DNA of 64,000 nucleotides, taken from assembly GCA_020725385.1 (NCBI GenBank), contig DYFC01000017.1, positions 32,001 through 96,000 of the forward strand, written 5' to 3'. Position 1 is the first letter of the stretch; the number at the start of each line of letters is the position of its first letter. Origin of the DNA: Nitrospira japonica (GTDB lineage Bacteria > Nitrospirota > Thermodesulfovibrionia > Thermodesulfovibrionales > SM23-35). Position numbers and translations under genes: made by a program. Under the pieces are notes generated by a model. The model was not told where the DNA came from, ran no database searches, and was given only the letters and a program-made list of their open reading frames with translations. Below, one piece after another: positions 60,021 through 64,000 of this stretch.

Positions 60021-60036
60021 AGCAAATAAAATGCCA
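60021..60036 (-). promoter_or_regulatory. Sigma54 promoter for the PAS-GGDEF gene
   Basis: TGGCAT-TTTAT-TTGCT on the minus strand. Confidence 0.7.
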
Positions 60037-60116
60037 ATTTGTTAGTAAAGAGCAAAGAACGAATAGCGAAGAGAAAAATATTAATTGATTAATTTTTTTC
60101 CAGAACAATTGTTTTT

Positions 60117-60132
60117 AGGCATAAACTTTGCT
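60117..60132 (+). promoter_or_regulatory. Possible sigma54 promoter
   Basis: AGGCAT-AAACT-TTGCT with correct GG-N10-GC spacing. Confidence 0.5.
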
Positions 60133-60237
60133 CCTATGTATTGTAATAAGTTTGAAATTGTCAGAATATTGACGACGTTTGGGTAATATAAATTACTTAG
60201 TAAGTATAAGATGTCAAAAAATTAACCCGGTAATAAA

Positions 60238-60381
60238 ATGGATATTAATCCGGCAAATAAAATTTATGAAACTCCTGTAATAAAAAGGGAAGAGAATACA
60301 GGTCTTCCTGATAAAAGAAAACAAAAAAGAGAAAAGAAGGAACAGGACAAAGGAGTAAGGAAAGTTGACATCAAGGTATAA
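60238..60381 (+). CDS. Small charged protein (47 aa) ending VDIKV
   Basis: Hand translation MDINPANKIYETPVIKREENTGLPDKRKQKREKKEQDKGVRKVDIKV*; stop lies 1 nt before the next ATG. Confidence 0.6.
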   Translation: MDINPANKIYETPVIKREENTGLPDKRKQKREKKEQDKGVRKVDIKV

Positions 60382-60382
60382 G

Positions 60383-60778
60383 ATGCTTAGAAATACAAAA
60401 ACAAAAGAGAAAGAACTTTTATCACTTGAACTCTCTGAAGTTAAGGACATCGCTGACATTATTTTTAAGAGATTAAACAGGAAGATAGAAGTTCTTGAGG
60501 CTATTGAAAATTCAGTAGATGAAAAAATAAAAGTTCTTGAGAAACTGATACAGAAAGCTGAAGCAGCACAATCATCTTTATCCAAACTTGACCGTCATGG
60601 AGAAATAGCTTTAATGGGAAGAAGAGGTATGAGCAGCCGTGAAATAGCTGAAGCACTTGATGTGCCTGTTGGAGAAGTTGATTTAATCCTTAATCTGAAA
60701 GGCATTAGGACAGGTGCAAATACCTCTTCTGAAAAAGTTAAACAGGAAAAAATTTCCAATCAGGTAATATTTACCTGA
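60383..60778 (+). CDS. Hypothetical protein with coiled coil and C-terminal HTH-like motif (DUF2802/DUF6115-like)
   Basis: GMSSREIAEALDVPVGEVDLILNL motif; next to flagellar genes. Confidence 0.65.
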   Translation: MLRNTKTKEKELLSLELSEVKDIADIIFKRLNRKIEVLEAIENSVDEKIKVLEKLIQKAEAAQSSLSKLDRHGEIALMGRRGMSSREIAEALDVPVGEVDLILNLKGIRTGANTSSEKVKQEKISNQVIFT

Positions 60779-60820
60779 GATTTAAATTGAAAAATTCCCT
60801 CCTATTACCCCTCTTTCATC

Positions 60821-60850
60821 AGGGTTCGGGAAAATACCCGAACCCTTTTT
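60821..60850 (+). terminator. Intrinsic terminator
   Basis: AGGGTTCGGG-loop-CCCGAACCCT followed by a T run. Confidence 0.85.
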
Positions 60851-60925
60851 ATTTTATTTGTCTAAATAATAAAGATGTTACACGATAAACTATATCTAAG
60901 TATGTATTCAAGAAGTATAATCAAA

Positions 60926-60953
60926 AGATTCCTCACATTCGTTCGGAATGACA
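60926..60953. repeat. REP-like palindromic element half-site
   Basis: AGATTCCTCACATTCGTTCGGAATGACA resembles the end of a widespread intergenic repeat family (recalled, not searched); single copy in this window. Confidence 0.4.
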
Positions 60954-61093
60954 AGGTAGAGAGGTTTAAAATTACAGAAAAAGAATTTGTAATGATTGAT
61001 AAAGGTTTAAAATAACAAAAAACCAACTATAAAAAAACAAAAAGTCGTGAAATAAAAGTATTAACTGAGTAGAATTTTATTTAAAAAACAAAC

Positions 61094-61109
61094 TGGCATT
61101 ATGTTTGCT
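61094..61109 (+). promoter_or_regulatory. Sigma54 promoter for the flgFGAH operon
   Basis: TGGCAT-TATGT-TTGCT, 11 nt before the flgF ATG. Confidence 0.72.
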
Positions 61110-61120
61110 TAAAAAAAGGC

Positions 61121-61822
61121 ATGAATAAAGGAATTTATATAGCACTTTCAGGAGCAGTTTTAAAAAATACACAGGTGGAGATTATTTCGCAAAATCTTGC
61201 AAATGCAGCATCTACCGGTTACAAAAAAAACAAAGTGTCATTCAAAGATTATATGTTGCCAGTAACACAGGAATCTGCTGACGGAAGAGCAATGAGTGAA
61301 CTCTCTGCAATAAAAACTGATTTTTCAGAAGGAACGATGATAAAAACAGGAAATACACTTGATATAGCTATTGATGGTAAGGGATTTATTAGTCTTGAGG
61401 ACGGATTTTATACACGTAGAGGTGATCTTAAGATATCTTCTGACGGATATCTTAGAGCCTTTAATGGATTTAAAGTGCTTGGTAACGCAGGTCCTATTCG
61501 TTTGCAAGGAGGCATAATTCAAATTGATAACAACGGTGATGTTTTTGTAAATGGTCTGTTAACTGACACGATTAAACTTACTGATTTTGAATCAACTGAT
61601 AATCTCGTAAGAGCAGGTAATAGCCTTTTTAAGACCGCTGAGAAAGGTTTTAAGGCAAGTACTTTTGTAAGACAAGCACATCTTGAAGCATCCAATGTAG
61701 ATGTATTCAGAGAAATGGTTTCAATGATAGAGACAATGAGAGAATATGAGACATTTCAAAAAGCTATAAGAGCTTTTGATGAAGCCTCAGAAAAGATAAA
61801 CAATGAGTTAGGGAGGTTTTAA
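61121..61822 (+). CDS. flgF: Flagellar basal-body rod protein FlgF
   Basis: QNLANA.STGYK, TGNTLDIAIDG and LEASNV motifs; precedes flgG. Confidence 0.88.
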   Translation: MNKGIYIALSGAVLKNTQVEIISQNLANAASTGYKKNKVSFKDYMLPVTQESADGRAMSELSAIKTDFSEGTMIKTGNTLDIAIDGKGFISLEDGFYTRRGDLKISSDGYLRAFNGFKVLGNAGPIRLQGGIIQIDNNGDVFVNGLLTDTIKLTDFESTDNLVRAGNSLFKTAEKGFKASTFVRQAHLEASNVDVFREMVSMIETMREYETFQKAIRAFDEASEKINNELGRF

Positions 61823-61825
61823 AAA

Positions 61826-62614
61826 ATGCTAAGATCATTATTTATTGCTGCAACAGGTATGGAAGCTCAAAAACTGAATATAGATGTAATAGCAAATAAT
61901 CTAGCGAATGTTAATACAGTTGGCTTTAAGAAAAGTAGAGCGGATTTTCAAGAATTAATATATCAGGATTTAAGAACACCCGGGGCTATTTCTGCTGAAG
62001 GTTCTCAAATACCATCCGGTATCCAAGTCGGGCTTGGTGTTAAACCTGTTGCAGTTCAAAAATTATTTCTTCAGGGAGATTTTGTTCATACAGGTAATCC
62101 ACTTGATCTTGTAATAGAAGGAGATGGTTTTTTTCAGATAACAATGCCTGACGGAACGATAGCTTACACGCGTGCTGGAACATTTAAACTTGACAGCGAA
62201 GGTAGAATAGTTAATTCAGATGGTTATCCGCTTGAACCTGCTATAACTGTACCTGCAAATACTATCAGCATAACAGTTGGTTCTGACGGTAAGATTCAAG
62301 CATTACAATCCGGAAGTACTACTCCTACAGAAATAGGGCAGATTGAACTCGCAAGATTTATAAATCCGGGTGGACTTAAGGCAATGGGTAAAAATTTATT
62401 TACAACATCAGGCTCTTCAGGTGAGGCAACAACAGGAAATCCTTCAACAGAAGGCCTCGGTACCATAGCTCAGGGATTTATTGAAATGAGTAATGTAAAT
62501 ATTGTTGAAGAAATGGTAAATATGATTGTTAGTCAAAGAGCTTATGAAATAAATTCAAAAGCTGTTCAGGCTTCGGATGAAATGCTTCAAACTGCAAATA
62601 ACATCAAGAGATAA
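61826..62614 (+). CDS. flgG: Flagellar basal-body rod protein FlgG
   Basis: [18 protein letters not shown] and [21 protein letters not shown] motifs. Confidence 0.96.
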   Translation: MLRSLFIAATGMEAQKLNIDVIANNLANVNTVGFKKSRADFQELIYQDLRTPGAISAEGSQIPSGIQVGLGVKPVAVQKLFLQGDFVHTGNPLDLVIEGDGFFQITMPDGTIAYTRAGTFKLDSEGRIVNSDGYPLEPAITVPANTISITVGSDGKIQALQSGSTTPTEIGQIELARFINPGGLKAMGKNLFTTSGSSGEATTGNPSTEGLGTIAQGFIEMSNVNIVEEMVNMIVSQRAYEINSKAVQASDEMLQTANNIKR

Positions 62615-62627
62615 AAGGTTGTAGAAA

Positions 62628-63356
62628 ATGAAATTTAGTAATCGTAAAATATCATCTAAAAAAATAGATAAACCATTATTATCAGGCAGGCAATCTTTGA
62701 CACCTTTATTGTTACTTTTACTTTCATGTATTAATCTTCTTCCTTCTGTTTCAATGGCAGGGCCATGGAATTTAGAAGATACTCTTAAAGAATACGTTAA
62801 AAATGTATATCCATGGCCTGAAATTATGATCAGTGATATTGTGGTAAAAGGTGATATGCCTGATATTAAGCCATCAAAAATAATGGTTCAAAAAGGATTA
62901 CCCGGAAAAACTGTTTTTTTACTTGAATTTGATTCTTCGGAAACATTATCTGTTATTGCAAATGTGAAAGCATTTGATAATGTGATTTCAGTCAAAAGAG
63001 CTTTCAAGAAAGGTTATATTCTTCAAAAAGAGGATTTATATACTTTACTTATGGATGTTCAGCGCATACCCGCTGGATCTTTAAAAGACATAAAAAGTGT
63101 AGTAGGCAAATCACTAAATCGTTCAGTTCTTGCAAATACTCCAATTACTGCAGGAATGGTGATAGATTCCTATACTGTTAAAAAAGGGAAGAAAGTTCTT
63201 CTTCTGGTTGAAGGTGAAAATTACAGAATCTCAACTACAGGTGAAATTAAAGAAAGTGGTTCTGTTGGGGATTATGTCAAAGCTTTAAATATTGCTTCTA
63301 AAAAAGTTATTTCAGGATTGCTTATCGATGAAAACACATTAAAGGTGGAACTATAA
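62628..63356 (+). CDS. flgA: Flagellar P-ring chaperone FlgA
   Basis: Signal peptide, SAF-like region and G.VGD.V...N..SKK motif; lies between flgG and flgH. Confidence 0.82.
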   Translation: MKFSNRKISSKKIDKPLLSGRQSLTPLLLLLLSCINLLPSVSMAGPWNLEDTLKEYVKNVYPWPEIMISDIVVKGDMPDIKPSKIMVQKGLPGKTVFLLEFDSSETLSVIANVKAFDNVISVKRAFKKGYILQKEDLYTLLMDVQRIPAGSLKDIKSVVGKSLNRSVLANTPITAGMVIDSYTVKKGKKVLLLVEGENYRISTTGEIKESGSVGDYVKALNIASKKVISGLLIDENTLKVEL

Positions 63357-64000
63357 ATGCGGAGTATAAACTATTTGATTGCTTTTATATTTTTATTTTC
63401 TGCCTGTGCTACAACAAAAGTTGAACTTCCACCCGAGCCACCAAAATACGTCTATGAAAATAGAGTAGCAGAACACCCAGCTTTAAATTCTTTGTGGAGG
63501 GACTCTGCAAGCCTTTATGAAGACCCAAAAGCGAGGAGGCTGAATGACCTTGTTACAATCAGGGTTGTAGAAAATATCACCGGTTCTGGCAAAGCTGATA
63601 CAAATACTAACAAAAAATCATCACTTGATGTGAGTGTAGAAAAGTTTTTTGGAGTGCCTACAAATCTTGGTTTAAATAATCTTTATGGAAAAGGAAATAC
63701 TTTTTCCCCTTCGGTGAAAGGTTCTGCTGAAAATGATTTTCAGGGAAGTGGAGAAACAACAAGAGAAGGAAGACTTGTTGGAACAATAACTGCAAAAGTT
63801 GTTGAAGTAATGCCTAATAATAATCTTGTGCTTGAAGCAAGAAAAGAAATAACAATAAACAATGAAAAACAAATACTTATTCTCACAGGTGTAATAAGAC
63901 CCGATGATATTCTTGTTGACAATTCTGTTGTTAGTAGCAGAGTTGCAGATGCAAAGGTTTATTTTGTTGGTGATGGTGTTGTTCAGGAAAAACAAAAGCC
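63357..64000 (+). CDS. flgH: Flagellar L-ring protein FlgH (runs off the window end)
   Basis: Hand translation MRSINYLIAFIFLFSAC (lipobox)...SLYEDPKARRLNDLVTIRVVE...TGVIRPDDI; absent from the ORF track because no stop is in the window. Confidence 0.9.
   Translation, partial: MRSINYLIAFIFLFSACATTKVELPPEPPKYVYENRVAEHPALNSLWRDSASLYEDPKARRLNDLVTIRVVENITGSGKADTNTNKKSSLDVSVEKFFGVPTNLGLNNLYGKGNTFSPSVKGSAENDFQGSGETTREGRLVGTITAKVVEVMPNNNLVLEARKEITINNEKQILILTGVIRPDDILVDNSVVSSRVADAKVYFVGDGVVQEKQK

Noticed and set aside
60205-60236. Sigma28-like TAAG-N15-CCCGGTAA before the 47-aa ORF
   Set aside because: It has several mismatches, and the predicted start would fall at or inside the ATG.
1-64000. CRISPR array, tRNA/rRNA, transposase, integrase or prophage
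   Set aside because: No regularly spaced repeats, cloverleaf or mobile-element protein motifs were seen by eye.
1-64000. Genome-wide UGA reassignment as the explanation for the in-frame TGAs at 33201 and 33369
   Set aside because: Many ordinary genes here end in TGA (several in ATGA overlaps), and no other gene is interrupted by TGA.

Overview
This is an AT-rich (roughly 30% GC by eye), gene-dense chromosomal segment of a flagellated diderm bacterium, probably an anaerobe; the protein style suggests Nitrospirota/Desulfobacterota, which is inference only. In order it carries: a REC-GGDEF cyclase; nagZ plus a hydrolase; a corrinoid uptake/salvage cluster (two PP-loop ligases, btuFCD-like ABC, cobU-cobT-cobS, btuB) with two paralogous cobalamin riboswitches; a MoxR-DUF58-transglutaminase module; surE/pcm; purM-M23-bactofilin; an rmlACDB-manB-manC-UDP-sugar dehydrogenase cluster; nagA; a NusG paralog; a partner-switching (RsbU/W/V-like) module coupled to an Mla/MCE transporter; glnE/glnA; der; amino-sugar modification genes; two hydrogenase-maturation-type proteases with a GT-C-like membrane protein; an MCP; c-di-GMP enzymes; and flgFGAH. 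Several elements are missing from the ORF track: a 71-aa glutaredoxin-like protein with two in-frame UGA (probable selenocysteine) codons and SECIS-like hairpins (33165-33380), a 6S RNA (47971-48121), a promoter-plus-terminator-bounded small RNA candidate (about 24620-24705), a 40-codon relic of the btuB leader behind the second riboswitch, a 47-aa flagellum-linked small ORF, and the partial flgH. No CRISPR array, tRNA, rRNA, transposase or phage gene was seen. All calls come from reading motifs by eye; no database searches were run.
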